Shown here piece by piece: positions 47,460-58,726 of a stretch of DNA of 64,000 nt. Both the position numbers and the translations under genes were made by a program. The stretch spans positions 19,607 to 83,606 of the forward strand of contig CAKPPS010000002.1 of the NCBI GenBank assembly GCA_934177795.1, in the 5' to 3' direction. Positions within the stretch are counted from its first letter, which is position 1. Every line of letters begins with the position of its first letter. This stretch comes from an uncultured Clostridia bacterium (GTDB lineage: Bacteria > Bacillota > Clostridia > TANB77 > CAG-508). A model generated the notes under the pieces. That model ran no database searches. It was given only the letters and a program-made list of their open reading frames with translations, and was not told the DNA's origin.

Positions 47460-49814
47460 TTATTTAACTTCAAATTTTAAATTATTATTTATAAAATCTA
47501 TTTTTACATGCTGTCCATCTAATAACTGTTGTTTTAAAATCATTTCTGACAATTCGTCTTCAATATACCTTTGAATAGCTCTTCTTAAAGGACGAGCACC
47601 AAATTTTATATCAGTTCCTTTTTCTAATATATAATTTTTAGCTTCATTAGTTACTTCCATAGAAATATCTTTATCCGCTAAAGCTTTAACTGTATCTTGT
47701 AACATTAAGTCAACAATTTTTAATAATTGTTCATTAGTTAAAGAATCAAATGTAACAATTTCATCTATTCTATTTAAGAATTCTGGTCTGAATGTTTCTT
47801 TTAAACTGTCTAACACTTTATTTTTATTTATTGTAGTGTTTCCAAATCCAATAGAATTTGTATTTAAGTTTGAGCCTACATTTGATGTCATAATTATAAT
47901 TGTATTTGAAAAACTAACTGTATTTCCTTGACTATCTGTAAGTTTTCCATCATCTAGTACTTGTAATAAAATATTAAATACATCTGGATGTGCTTTTTCA
48001 ATTTCATCTAATAAAATTATAGAATATGGTTTTCTTTTTACTTTATCAGTTAATTGCCCTGCATCATCATAACCTACATATCCTGGAGGAGCTCCAATTA
48101 ATTTCGCTGTAGAATGACTTTCCATATATTCTGACATATCAACCCTTATTATAGAATCTTCAGAACCAAACATTTCATAAGCTAAACTTTTGGCTAATTC
48201 TGTTTTTCCCACACCTGTAGGACCTACAAATATAAAAGAAGGTGGTCTTTTAGTAGTCTTTAACCCTGCTCTATTTCTACGAATAGCTCTAGAAACTGCA
48301 TTTACAGCTTCATCTTGGCCTATTATTCTTTTATGTAGATTATTTTCAAGATTTAACAATTTTTGTGTTTCTGCCTCTGTTATTTTTTGAACTGGTATTT
48401 TGGTCCAGCTTTCTATTACATTAGCTATATCTTGAACTGTTATTTGTTTTGGTTTCATTTTTTTATTTAGATTATCTATTTCTTCTATCAATTGACATTC
48501 TTTCGTTTTTAAATCTGCTACTTTTTGATAATCTTCTGTAGAGTCAGCTTCTACCACTTCCTCTTTTTGTGCTTGCAATTTTGCTAATTCTTGTTTTAAT
48601 ACTTCTAATTTAAATAAATCTTTATTTTCTAGATTAATTCTTGAACATGCTTCATCTAGAATATCTATTGCTTTATCTGGTAAAAATCTATCATGGATAT
48701 ATTTTTCTGACATTATAACTGCTTGTTTTATAACATCTGTAGATATTTTTACTTTATGATACTCTTCATAATATTTTTTAATTCCTTCAAGTATTCCTAT
48801 TGAATCATCAATATTAGGCTCTTCTACTAAAACTTGTTGGAACCTTCTTTCTAATGCAGAATCTTTTTCTATATATTTTCTATATTCTTTCAATGTTGTT
48901 GTACCTATTAGTTGAATTTCACCATTAGAAAGTGCTGGTTTTAAAATATTAGCAGCATTCATAGAATGTTCTCCATCTCCAGCACCAATTATATTATGAA
49001 TCTCATCAATGACTAGAATTATATTTCCGAATTCTTTACATTCATCAATTATTCCTTTCATTCTAGATTCAAATTGTCCTCTAAATTGCGTACCAGCAAT
49101 AACAGCAGTCATGTCTAAAAGATATACTTCTTTATCTAATAATTTTGCTGGAACATTTTGGTTTGCTATTCTTATTGCCAATCCTTGTGCAATTGCTGTT
49201 TTTCCTACTCCAGGCTCTCCAATTAAACAAGGATTATTTTTTGAACGTCTATTTAATATTTGAATGATTCTTTTTATTTCATTATCTCTTCCTATAACGA
49301 TATCTAATTGGTTATTTTTAGCTTTTGCAGTTAAATTTGTACCATAAGTATCTAAGAATTTTTTCTTTTTATTTTGTTTTATATTTTTCTTTTTTTCAAT
49401 TTTCACTTTCTTTTTGCCATTATTTTGTTCTTTTTCATTATCATTTTCATTATTTTGACCATTGAATATATTAGAAAATAAAGAGCCTAATGGAATCGCA
49501 GCTCCTGACATTTTAGGATTACCATCAGCATCAGTTCCATTGTCAAATGTTATTGCTCCATCTATATTCTCAATATCTTCTAAATTAATATTTTCAGCTA
49601 AATCCTTAAATATTGTCTCAAATTGTTTTGTCATATCTCCAAGATTTACATTATCTTTTGACAAAATTTGTTGTTGCTTATATAAAACTTCATTAGGATC
49701 TATTCCCTTTTTTTTAGCACAACTGTAGCAATATCCCTCAAGTGATTCTTTGCCATTTTCGATTTTTTTATAAAAAAGTATAGCTGGGTTTTTATTACAT
49801 TCTGAACATAACAT
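47460..49814 (-). CDS. clpE: two-domain Clp/Hsp100 AAA+ ATPase with N-terminal zinc-ribbon (ClpE-like)
   Basis: CSEC...CYSC N-terminus. NBD1 GEPGVGKTAIA and NBD2 GPTGVGKTELA. No ClpN repeat domain. Confidence 0.8.
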   Translation of the reverse strand: MLCSECNKNPAILFYKKIENGKESLEGYCYSCAKKKGIDPNEVLYKQQQILSKDNVNLGDMTKQFETIFKDLAENINLEDIENIDGAITFDNGTDADGNPKMSGAAIPLGSLFSNIFNGQNNENDNEKEQNNGKKKVKIEKKKNIKQNKKKKFLDTYGTNLTAKAKNNQLDIVIGRDNEIKRIIQILNRRSKNNPCLIGEPGVGKTAIAQGLAIRIANQNVPAKLLDKEVYLLDMTAVIAGTQFRGQFESRMKGIIDECKEFGNIILVIDEIHNIIGAGDGEHSMNAANILKPALSNGEIQLIGTTTLKEYRKYIEKDSALERRFQQVLVEEPNIDDSIGILEGIKKYYEEYHKVKISTDVIKQAVIMSEKYIHDRFLPDKAIDILDEACSRINLENKDLFKLEVLKQELAKLQAQKEEVVEADSTEDYQKVADLKTKECQLIEEIDNLNKKMKPKQITVQDIANVIESWTKIPVQKITEAETQKLLNLENNLHKRIIGQDEAVNAVSRAIRRNRAGLKTTKRPPSFIFVGPTGVGKTELAKSLAYEMFGSEDSIIRVDMSEYMESHSTAKLIGAPPGYVGYDDAGQLTDKVKRKPYSIILLDEIEKAHPDVFNILLQVLDDGKLTDSQGNTVSFSNTIIIMTSNVGSNLNTNSIGFGNTTINKNKVLDSLKETFRPEFLNRIDEIVTFDSLTNEQLLKIVDLMLQDTVKALADKDISMEVTNEAKNYILEKGTDIKFGARPLRRAIQRYIEDELSEMILKQQLLDGQHVKIDFINNNLKFEVK

Positions 49815-49950
49815 ACTTTAATTTCCTCATTTCTACAAAAATATAGTATATATGATAACTCAAAAACTAGAAATAGTCAATGAATATTGTTGAAAAATTC
49901 CTGACAAAATGTTATAATACTTTGAGAATAAAAAACAAGAGGTTGAAAAT

Positions 49951-50808
49951 ATGAATGTAACTTTACCTAAGAAAGCAAAAACAAGTATAAAAGCCATTAT
50001 TATTTATACAATAGCTGTAATGACATGTATGATTGCATTGGTAGTAATTGTTTTGTCTATATATTTAGGAAGTGACGAACTAGATAGACTTGTAACTATG
50101 GGAAAATCAACTACTACTCAAGAAGAAATAGAATATCAAAATTTAGTTTCAAATTTTGATACTATCTTTCAGAATAAATTGGAAAATTCTGATTCGGAAA
50201 ATACTATACCAAAAGCTGATTCTTCAAAAGAACTAGTTTATACATATTACACAAAAAACGAATCCAAAAACAATGATTATGATGTTAATTTAAATATTCC
50301 TTACATAAATATAGACAACAACTCTGTAGATAAAATTAATGCATCTATAAAAAAATCATTTGAAAATAGAGCAGAAACTGTCTTATCTTCTACAGGTAAA
50401 AATATAGCTTATACAGTGGAATATGATGCTACTATAGAAAATAATATTTTATCAGTAATTGTCCGTTCAAAATATAAACAATTAAATAATGCTCAACGTG
50501 TAATTGTACACACTTATAATTATGATATAGCAAATAATAAACAATTAACTTTAGAAGATGTTTTAGCAATTAAAAATTTAGACTCAACAGACGTAGAAGG
50601 AAAAATTAAAAGTAGAATTCAAGATGAACAGAAAAAAGTAGAAGATTTAAAAGCACTTGGATATAATATATTCCAAAGAAATCCAGAGGATGAAATGTAT
50701 ACAATAAATCAATCTAAAGAATTTTTTATAAAAGATGGAAAATTATATATTGTCTATGCTTATGGAAATAAAAATTCAACTAGTGAAATGGATTTAGTTA
50801 TTATATAA
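49951..50808 (+). CDS. membrane-anchored protein, possibly DUF4163/DUF3298 (RsiV/PdaC C-terminal-like)
   Basis: One N-terminal TM. The pattern PYINIDNNSVDKINASIKKSF and the C-terminal FFIKDGKLYIVYAYG resemble that family, by eye only. Confidence 0.55.
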   Translation: MNVTLPKKAKTSIKAIIIYTIAVMTCMIALVVIVLSIYLGSDELDRLVTMGKSTTTQEEIEYQNLVSNFDTIFQNKLENSDSENTIPKADSSKELVYTYYTKNESKNNDYDVNLNIPYINIDNNSVDKINASIKKSFENRAETVLSSTGKNIAYTVEYDATIENNILSVIVRSKYKQLNNAQRVIVHTYNYDIANNKQLTLEDVLAIKNLDSTDVEGKIKSRIQDEQKKVEDLKALGYNIFQRNPEDEMYTINQSKEFFIKDGKLYIVYAYGNKNSTSEMDLVII

Positions 50809-51141
50809 ATGCAAATATTAATATTGTTTTAAAACGTATTAGTATTTGCGTTTTATTTTTACTTTGAAAAAAACATAGCACATTTTAAAATTAATAAAAT
50901 GCACTATGTCTTTTTTTGAAAATAAAAGGGGATGTTTTTTTATTTAAATCAGTATTGTCTTACTGATTATGTTATATATTATAAAGGCGAAATTTGTCCA
51001 TTGTGTGAACTCAAAGTGAAAGATTGATATTATTTATATTTTTTTGTCATAAAATTGTAATTAATATTTAACCTTTTTGTCATATTAATTGTTTTTTTAT
51101 ATTGTATAATATAATTAGTGATTATTATAAGGAGGATTAGA

Positions 51142-52245
51142 ATGAGTATAAAATCTGATTTAAAAAAAGATGGAATTGAAGTTATAGAAAAATTAGACAC
51201 TTTAAAAATAAATTCTATTGCTAAAAATATTGCAACAAAATTGTGTGAAACTTTTCCTTCTTATGGTTTAAATGAAAATGATTTATTTATTAAATTATCT
51301 AGATTAGATATGTATAAAGCAAAAATGCCTGAAGGAATGGCTGAAGCTAATTATTATTATAAAAATTCCTCTATTTATTTTAACGAACACATTTCAGATG
51401 ATGATATGGAAGAATTCGCAATTCATGAATGTATTCACTATTTACAGGAAATTAAAGATAAAAGAAATTACCTTTTACGTATGGGTCTTTGTGATTATAC
51501 TGAATTTAAGATTTATGGTTTAGGTTTAAATGAAGCTGCAGTTCAATTAATGTCTTCCAAAGTAATTGGTATTCCTAAAGATTATGTTAAATATTTTGGG
51601 ATTAGTTTTGAAACAACAAGTCCTTCATACTATCCATTAGAATGTTGTTTAGCAAACCAATTAGCTTTTATAACTGGAGAAGATGTTTTGTTTAAAAGTA
51701 CTTTATACAGTAGTGATATTTTTAAATTAAAATTTTCCGAATTAACTTCTCAAAAAGCTTTTATGTCTATTCAAAATGCAATCGATGAAATTTTATTTGC
51801 CGAAGAAGAAATTATCAAATTAAATAATAAAATTTCTTTAATAGATGATAGAAATAAAAAAGTTGATGATATGGTCACAAAAATTGATAAACTTAAACAA
51901 AAAATTAAACTTACATTTTTACGTACTCAAAACTTGATTATTTCTAGTTATTTTGATAAAGCTTTTCTTAATATTTCTAATTTAGAAGATTTAGAAAATT
52001 ATAGAAAAAAATTATATACTTTTAAATCATATTTAGGATTATCAGAAGGTTATACTTTTTTTGATGATTATTATGTTGATAAAATATCTAGATTAGAACA
52101 TAAATCTAATATATTAGAAAATGGTGGTATAGAAACTGCTATACATTTAAAATCTGCAAAAAATAATAAATTTCTAGCTGTTTTAAGAAATATTAAAAAA
52201 CTTATTTTAGGAAAATCTTCTAACTTTGAAAAAAATGATATATAA
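51142..52245 (+). CDS. hypothetical protein with HExxH motif
   Basis: AAGGAGGA SD before ATG 51142. FAIHECIHYLQE motif. The C-terminal half is predicted helical/coiled. Confidence 0.6.
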   Translation: MSIKSDLKKDGIEVIEKLDTLKINSIAKNIATKLCETFPSYGLNENDLFIKLSRLDMYKAKMPEGMAEANYYYKNSSIYFNEHISDDDMEEFAIHECIHYLQEIKDKRNYLLRMGLCDYTEFKIYGLGLNEAAVQLMSSKVIGIPKDYVKYFGISFETTSPSYYPLECCLANQLAFITGEDVLFKSTLYSSDIFKLKFSELTSQKAFMSIQNAIDEILFAEEEIIKLNNKISLIDDRNKKVDDMVTKIDKLKQKIKLTFLRTQNLIISSYFDKAFLNISNLEDLENYRKKLYTFKSYLGLSEGYTFFDDYYVDKISRLEHKSNILENGGIETAIHLKSAKNNKFLAVLRNIKKLILGKSSNFEKNDI

Positions 52246-52293
52246 ATGCAAAATAAGATTCATGTTTTTTTATAACATTGAATCTTATTTTTT

Positions 52294-53556
52294 CTAATTA
52301 TTTATCCCTAAATCTTTTAAAATATTTTTTGCAGCTTCTCTACCTGATTTAGCTGAATATGCCACTGTTCCTTTTACTCCAGCAACATCTCCTCCTGCAT
52401 ATATTTTATTATTTGAAGTTTGATATTTATCATTAATATCAATATTTCCCCATTTATTCAATTCTAGTCCTAAATTTTTTACATATTTTTGCGGTTCTGA
52501 CCCTAATGCCATAACTATATAATCTACATTCATCTTATAGTTTGAATTTTCTATATTTACAGGTACTGGTCTTTCTCCCTTTTTTTCTATTAATTTTGTT
52601 TTTATTAATTCAACTTGCTGCACTTTATTTTCTCCAATAATTTTAACCAAATTATTTTGAAATATAAATTTGACACCTTCTTCTTTCGCATCATCAATTT
52701 CTTTTTTTTCTGCTGGCATTTGTTCTTCTGTTCTCCTATAAACAACTGTCACATCTTCAGCCCCAAGTTTGTTAATTGTTCTAGCACAATCCATAGCAAC
52801 ATTTCCACCGCCTACAACAATAACCTTTTTATCAGTATATTCTGGATGCAAATTATACTCTAAAAGTTCATTTCCTCCAAATACTCCTTCTAATGTTTCT
52901 CCTTCTATATTCATTTTTGCCGAGCAATTCGTACCTATTCCTAAAAATATTGCATCATAATCATTTTTTATTTTTTCTAATTCTTCTTTGCTTGTGATTT
53001 CTTTATTATACTCCACTTTTATCCCTAGGCTTAAGATATCTTTTATAGTCATATTCACTATATCTTTAGGTAATCTAAACTCTGGTATTCCATATATTAA
53101 TAATCCGCCTAAATAATTATATTTCTCATAAATTGTTACATCTACTCCTTCTTTAGCTAAGAAGGCTGCACATGTTAATCCTGATGGGCCTCCACCTATA
53201 ATAGCTACTTTTTTATTTTTTCTTTCTTTTTTTTCATAACAATCTGTAACATCAAATTTCTTTTCATGTATCTTATCAAATACATAAGCTTCTAAAACTC
53301 CTATTGATACAGGCTCTCCCTTTATTCCTCTTACACATGAGCCTTGACATTGTTTAGTGTGGGGGCAAATTCTACCACATACACCTGATAATACTGTTGT
53401 TTCTAATAATGTTTTATATGCTTCTAAATAGTTTTCTTGCTTCAACGATTGAATAAATCCTGGTATATTATTGTTTAAAGGACATCCTTTTAATGAACAT
53501 GGTTTGGCTTTACAATTTAAACAATAATTTATTTTTTCTTCTATGTTATTTTTCAT
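52294..53556 (-). CDS. GltD/NfnB-like NAD(P)H-dependent iron-sulfur flavoprotein oxidoreductase
   Basis: N-terminal Cys clusters ([23 protein letters not shown]) and two Rossmann motifs ([19 protein letters not shown]). Confidence 0.85.
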   Translation of the reverse strand: MKNNIEEKINYCLNCKAKPCSLKGCPLNNNIPGFIQSLKQENYLEAYKTLLETTVLSGVCGRICPHTKQCQGSCVRGIKGEPVSIGVLEAYVFDKIHEKKFDVTDCYEKKERKNKKVAIIGGGPSGLTCAAFLAKEGVDVTIYEKYNYLGGLLIYGIPEFRLPKDIVNMTIKDILSLGIKVEYNKEITSKEELEKIKNDYDAIFLGIGTNCSAKMNIEGETLEGVFGGNELLEYNLHPEYTDKKVIVVGGGNVAMDCARTINKLGAEDVTVVYRRTEEQMPAEKKEIDDAKEEGVKFIFQNNLVKIIGENKVQQVELIKTKLIEKKGERPVPVNIENSNYKMNVDYIVMALGSEPQKYVKNLGLELNKWGNIDINDKYQTSNNKIYAGGDVAGVKGTVAYSAKSGREAAKNILKDLGINN

Positions 53557-53710
53557 AATATTTATATCCTTTTTTATTTATTATTATATTTTTTTATAAA
53601 TTTTCTGTGCAATGTAGTTTAATATATTCTATAATATTCATAAATATTAAGTCAATAAATTTGACCACCTATCCATTAATGACAAATAATGATTTATTTA
53701 AAATTAGCAT

Positions 53711-53898
53711 CAAGAATATTTAGAAATATAAGATTGAAATGAAATGTCGAATGTGCATGGAAAAATTTTAGAAATTCTATGTAATTTTAGGGAAAGAGTT
53801 CACAATAGTGAAAGGGTGCCCTAAAATAAATTAGAATTTCTTGAATTTTGTAATAAACCGAGACATGTAATGAAAATTTATATTTCTAAATATTCTTG
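53711..53898. repeat. ~170-nt palindromic intergenic repeat, copy B
   Basis: Core 53720-53889 matches copy A. Here the outer stem is extended by CAAGAATAT / ATATTCTTG, which differs from the GAC/GTC extension in copy A. Confidence 0.85.
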
Positions 53899-53904
53899 AA
53901 ACAA

Positions 53905-54471
53905 TTAATTCAAATCATTATCTATTTTAATTTCTTCTACAACTTTTTTTAAATCTTTTATAAAATCTATTTTTTTAGTTTCGTCTCTTAATAAAGCTGC
54001 TGGATGCCAAGTCGGCATATATTTTATTCCCTTTTTTTCAACCCATTTGCCCCTTGAAGCTGTTATTCCATATTCTTTTCCTAATATATTTTTTAGCGCT
54101 ACACTTCCAAGTAAAACAATATACTGTGGTTTTACTAATATAACTTGATTCCTTAAATAATTAAGACATGCCATTTCTTCGTCTTTTTCAGGATTTCTAT
54201 TTGCTGGCGGCCTACATTTAACAATATTTGCAATATACACTTCTTTTCTATCTATTCCAACAACTTCAAATGCAAGATTCATTAACTTTCCTGCTCTTCC
54301 CACAAATGGTTCTCCTAATCTATCCTCGTCTGCTCCTGGTCCTTCTCCTATAAACATTAATCTAGCTGTTTTATTTCCTGTTCCAAATACTATATTTTTT
54401 CTAGTTTTATATAATTTGCATTTATTACAATTTTCAATAGATTTTTCTAATTCCTCAAACGTACTAAACAT
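53905..54471 (-). CDS. family 4 uracil-DNA glycosylase
   Basis: GEGPGADEDRLGEPFVGRAGKLM motif and N-terminal Cys residues. Confidence 0.85.
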   Translation of the reverse strand: MFSTFEELEKSIENCNKCKLYKTRKNIVFGTGNKTARLMFIGEGPGADEDRLGEPFVGRAGKLMNLAFEVVGIDRKEVYIANIVKCRPPANRNPEKDEEMACLNYLRNQVILVKPQYIVLLGSVALKNILGKEYGITASRGKWVEKKGIKYMPTWHPAALLRDETKKIDFIKDLKKVVEEIKIDNDLN

Positions 54472-54487
54472 TTTTCTTACATCCTTC

Positions 54488-55357
54488 TTATTTTAATTCT
54501 ATTAATGCTGCTTCTGTTTTATAGTTTTCTTTTTCAACTCTATATGAATGTATTATGTCTGAATTACACATACTACAAATTCCTGAATCTATAATATTTT
54601 CTGGCTTTAATCCTTCTTCTTTCATAAGAATCTTATTTATTAAAACTGTATCAATATTCCATTTATTTTTTTGTGGATTTTTTTCTATAATTTTTTCTAT
54701 TGATACTATATCATTCATAAAATTATTTCCCTCTAAATTTTTAAATTCATTCAAAAAGATATCTTTCACATCTTCATCTACTTCAAAATGACATTTTCTT
54801 ATACTAGGACTTATACAGCAAATAATATCTTTAGGCTCACATCCAAATTGTTCTTTCATCTTTCTTATTGTCTTTACTGATATTCTTTGTACTGTACCTT
54901 TCCAGCCTGAATGTGTATTAGCTATGACTTTTTTTACTGGGTCAAAAAACATCAATAATATACAATCTGCATTAGTTGTTGATAAAACTATATTTTTTTT
55001 ATTGGTTATAAGCCCATCTTCAACTATTTCTTTGGTAAGTTTTAGTTCTGGTTCTTTTGTTGTTTTTTCAGTTATAATTTTTACCTCGTCTGTATGATCT
55101 TGATTAGCTCTTATTACATTTTTATAATTACATCCTATTGATTCACATATATTTTTGTATGAATTTATTACAAAATCATATCCATTATCTTCTATTTTAT
55201 TATTAGCTCCTGTAACTTTAAATCCTACATTTAGCCCCAAAGTATATGCGTGACTTATTATATCTTTGTATTCAAGTAATTTTCTATACTGTAAATATTC
55301 TATATTTTTATTCTTAACATGTATAACATTTTCATTTGATAAATTTCTCATAAGCAA
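54488..55357 (-). CDS. pgeF: YfiH/PgeF-family (DUF152) purine nucleoside/peptidoglycan editing enzyme
   Basis: NADC..LMFFDP and HSGWKGT motifs. Confidence 0.8.
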   Translation of the reverse strand: MLMRNLSNENVIHVKNKNIEYLQYRKLLEYKDIISHAYTLGLNVGFKVTGANNKIEDNGYDFVINSYKNICESIGCNYKNVIRANQDHTDEVKIITEKTTKEPELKLTKEIVEDGLITNKKNIVLSTTNADCILLMFFDPVKKVIANTHSGWKGTVQRISVKTIRKMKEQFGCEPKDIICCISPSIRKCHFEVDEDVKDIFLNEFKNLEGNNFMNDIVSIEKIIEKNPQKNKWNIDTVLINKILMKEEGLKPENIIDSGICSMCNSDIIHSYRVEKENYKTEAALIELK

Positions 55358-55366
55358 ACATTCTCC

Positions 55367-58300
55367 TTATATCTCTATTTTTTTACTCATTTTCCTTATG
55401 ATATCGTCTTTGGTCAAATTTTCTATATAATTATATTGATTATCTTTTTTTCTGCAGTCAAAAGAGCATATTGATTTATAGTCACAATATTCACAAGGTG
55501 TTTTACCTTTTTTATAAAATGGTTTTAGTTCAATATTTCCACCTAATATTTCTGTTGAAATTTCCTTAATTGTTTTGTATATATATTTTTGTAAGACATC
55601 AAAATCTTCTTTATTTACTCCATTAGTCCATTTTTCTATTATCCCCCCATCTTTATTTATTGCTGCTGGAACTAATTTAGAACTACCAGAAGTCAATGAA
55701 TTATCATTCATTTTGATTATTTTCACATCTGCAACAATTAATCCTTTCATCTTAAAGTTTTTCTTAATATTAGCTTCTATTTCTTCTTCTGATATTTTTT
55801 TATTTGCTTTTATCATCTGTTCTATTAATGAAAAATAAAATACACCTGCTGGTATAAAATCTTCTTCATTACATACTGCATCTGAGTATGTTAATAATTG
55901 TATTTGTAATCCTGCATATACTTCATTCAAATCAATATTTTTCGTTGAAGATTTATAGTCTATTATTCGTAAATAATTTCCATCTTTCTGTTTAGCTATA
56001 TCTATTCTGTCTATTTTACCATTTATTTCTATTTGCTTTCCATCTTCTAGTTGTATTACTATTGGTTTATATTTGCCTTTTTGCCCAAAGGCTACTTCTG
56101 TTCCATAAATGTTAAAATCACTATATATTAATGTTTGGATAATATATTTTAATGCTTTACTCACTATTTTTTTTAATCTTCTAACTAAAACTTTATATTT
56201 TACTGTCGCTTTAAATATATAATTTTTCGTTAATTCTAATTCTTCATCTATTATTTGAGCAACTATTTTTTCTATATCCTCTTCTGATATTTCTGCTAGG
56301 TTTATCCCATTTTCATTTGTATATCCAAAAAATCTATCTATTGTTTCATGCATAAATGTTCCTGTGTTAAAACTTTGTATTTTTAGTTCTTCTTTTGGTT
56401 TTAATTTTAATCCATATTGTAAGTAATATGAAAATGGACATCTTTTATATTGTTCTAATTTAGATACACTCGTACTTAAAGTTTTTCCATATAGTCTTTC
56501 TATGTTTTCTTTTTTTATTTTTTTAGGTATATTTGTATATTTTAATCCCTCCATGTTTTCTTCTAAGATTTTAGCCCATTTAGGATTATTTCTATACCAT
56601 TCATATACATCATACCATAACTCGTCTATCTGTTCTTTATTTCTTAATTTATATATATTTTCTAACAATTCTTTAAATGTAATATCTTCATTTATAATAT
56701 CATATTTTTTGGTAACAACATCACTTTCTTCTTCTAAATTGGTAAATATCTTCTTTATTCTGTTTATCAATATTGACGGTCTTAATGCTTTTCCTTCTTC
56801 ATCTGCTGATGCATAAGATAGAAACATTTCTTTTTCTGCTGTTGTGAAAACTTTATAAATATTAAAATTTTCTTCATAAAGATTTTCAATTGTTCCTTTG
56901 GCTAATTCAATTCCATCTTTTTTTAACATTTCTCTATCTTCATCATTTAAAAATCCCTCATCTTTATTGACACTTGGAAATATCCCATCATTTAATCCTA
57001 TAACAAATACAACTTCAACTTTATGACTTCTTGTTCTATCAACATCACCAAAAGTTACTTGATCTTGAGTTGCAGGTATTTTACCTAATCCACTATTTTT
57101 TAATCCAATTTTTAATATTTTACTATAAGTATCTATCCCCATATATGTTTCTTGAAAAATTAAAACAATTTCATCTAATACTTCTAATATTGTATTATAA
57201 CTTTCAATATATTCATTTGCTAAATCAATATATCCATTTTCTTCAAGCCAATTTATTTTTTGAGTTATTTTATCTTCGATTTGCTGGTTTTGTATAAATA
57301 AATATAATTGTTTAGTTATATTAGATACGTCTTTTTGCTTATCTATATTATTTTTTAATTCTATTAGTGGTATAATTATTTTTTTTCTTATTCTATTTAA
57401 ATTTTCGATTTTAGGTTTTTGGTTTTCATCTTCTATCTCATATTTGAATTCTTGCTTCCACTTATTTCTTTTTATGCCCCATTTAATACAATAATTTTCT
57501 AGCTCGAATAATTCATCTTTGCTAATATCTACAAAACCCATTTTCAAATAATTAAAAACTGATTCAGTCGAATAATTAGTTGTATATATCTCAAAAATCG
57601 ATAATATGTATTGTACAACAATATTTTGATTTAATTCTCTTTTTTCATCTATAAATACAGGAATATCATATTGTGGAAAAATACTTCTGACAAATGAAGA
57701 ATATGTATCTATATTTTTAGTGATAATAGCAATATCTTTATATCTCAATTTTTTTTCTCTTATTATTTTACTAATTCTTTGTGCTACATTTTCAATTTCT
57801 GAATATCTATTTTTGGCTAAAAATAGATGAATGTTTTCCACTTTTTTATCATATACTGTGGATTTCACTTGAGACATATTATCACTTATTGCTTGTAATT
57901 CTTCTGTTTTTAATCTATGTTGTTTATATAATTTTACCGGTTGTTCCATTTTTAAATTATTTTCATCAACTATTCTTTTTATTTTCTTTAATGTTTGCTT
58001 ATTAGAATAAAATATATCTGTTTCAGGGTTTGTAAACATTTCTAAATCATCAATACACATTGTTATATTTACTTGTTTTGAATATTTTATAAATTGTTTT
58101 ATAATTTCATATTCTTGTGCTGTATATCCTGAAAATTCATCTATATATATTATGCTATCTTTTATCCATGATAATTTATCTATATTTCTAGCTAGAAAAT
58201 CTAATAAATTTGTTTCTTCTATATAATTGTTTGTAATTTGTTTTTCAAATTTTTCATAGATAAAAAATAGGTCTTCCAATTTTGTTTTTGTATATTGATC

Positions 58301-58726
58301 ATCTATTTTGTTTATTTCTTCTTTTAAATCTTCCAAAGTAACTCCATGTTTTTTTAATTCTGTTATACTTTGTACTCCTATTTCTATATTCTCATCACTT
58401 TTTCCTAAAAAACTTAACTCTTTTTGGTATTTAGATAATATTGAATATACTAGCATTGCTTTTCCACATTTTGATAAGTTTGTTTTATTACTACCACCGA
58501 TTTCATTTAATGCTCTATCAGCCATTCTACTAAATGTAATAACTTCAGCATTTATAACTGCTTTTTCTTTTAAAAACCCCATCATCTTTTTTTCTGCAGT
58601 GAATGAAAATTGTTCTGGTGTTATAAAAAAAATTTTTTCTTCTACATTTATCAAATTTGCTATTTCTGAAAAGCAAAAGCTACTCTTTCCTGTCCCTGTT
58701 TTCCCATAAATTATTCTTAATCCCAT
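55367..58726 (-). CDS. addB: helicase-nuclease AddAB subunit B
   Basis: N-terminal GKTGTGKSS, size 1119 aa, C-terminal RecB-type nuclease with an Fe-S Cys cluster (C..PF.Y...CEYCDYKSIC). Confidence 0.85.
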   Translation of the reverse strand: MGLRIIYGKTGTGKSSFCFSEIANLINVEEKIFFITPEQFSFTAEKKMMGFLKEKAVINAEVITFSRMADRALNEIGGSNKTNLSKCGKAMLVYSILSKYQKELSFLGKSDENIEIGVQSITELKKHGVTLEDLKEEINKIDDQYTKTKLEDLFFIYEKFEKQITNNYIEETNLLDFLARNIDKLSWIKDSIIYIDEFSGYTAQEYEIIKQFIKYSKQVNITMCIDDLEMFTNPETDIFYSNKQTLKKIKRIVDENNLKMEQPVKLYKQHRLKTEELQAISDNMSQVKSTVYDKKVENIHLFLAKNRYSEIENVAQRISKIIREKKLRYKDIAIITKNIDTYSSFVRSIFPQYDIPVFIDEKRELNQNIVVQYILSIFEIYTTNYSTESVFNYLKMGFVDISKDELFELENYCIKWGIKRNKWKQEFKYEIEDENQKPKIENLNRIRKKIIIPLIELKNNIDKQKDVSNITKQLYLFIQNQQIEDKITQKINWLEENGYIDLANEYIESYNTILEVLDEIVLIFQETYMGIDTYSKILKIGLKNSGLGKIPATQDQVTFGDVDRTRSHKVEVVFVIGLNDGIFPSVNKDEGFLNDEDREMLKKDGIELAKGTIENLYEENFNIYKVFTTAEKEMFLSYASADEEGKALRPSILINRIKKIFTNLEEESDVVTKKYDIINEDITFKELLENIYKLRNKEQIDELWYDVYEWYRNNPKWAKILEENMEGLKYTNIPKKIKKENIERLYGKTLSTSVSKLEQYKRCPFSYYLQYGLKLKPKEELKIQSFNTGTFMHETIDRFFGYTNENGINLAEISEEDIEKIVAQIIDEELELTKNYIFKATVKYKVLVRRLKKIVSKALKYIIQTLIYSDFNIYGTEVAFGQKGKYKPIVIQLEDGKQIEINGKIDRIDIAKQKDGNYLRIIDYKSSTKNIDLNEVYAGLQIQLLTYSDAVCNEEDFIPAGVFYFSLIEQMIKANKKISEEEIEANIKKNFKMKGLIVADVKIIKMNDNSLTSGSSKLVPAAINKDGGIIEKWTNGVNKEDFDVLQKYIYKTIKEISTEILGGNIELKPFYKKGKTPCEYCDYKSICSFDCRKKDNQYNYIENLTKDDIIRKMSKKIEI

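Noticed and set aside
50932-51027. 31-aa mini-ORF MFFYLNQYCLTDYVIYYKGEICPLCELKVKD with a C...CxxC pattern (possible zinc-ribbon peptide)
   Set aside because: The only purine-rich stretch (AAAGGGG) abuts the ATG with no spacer, and there is no promoter evidence. I keep it only as a note.
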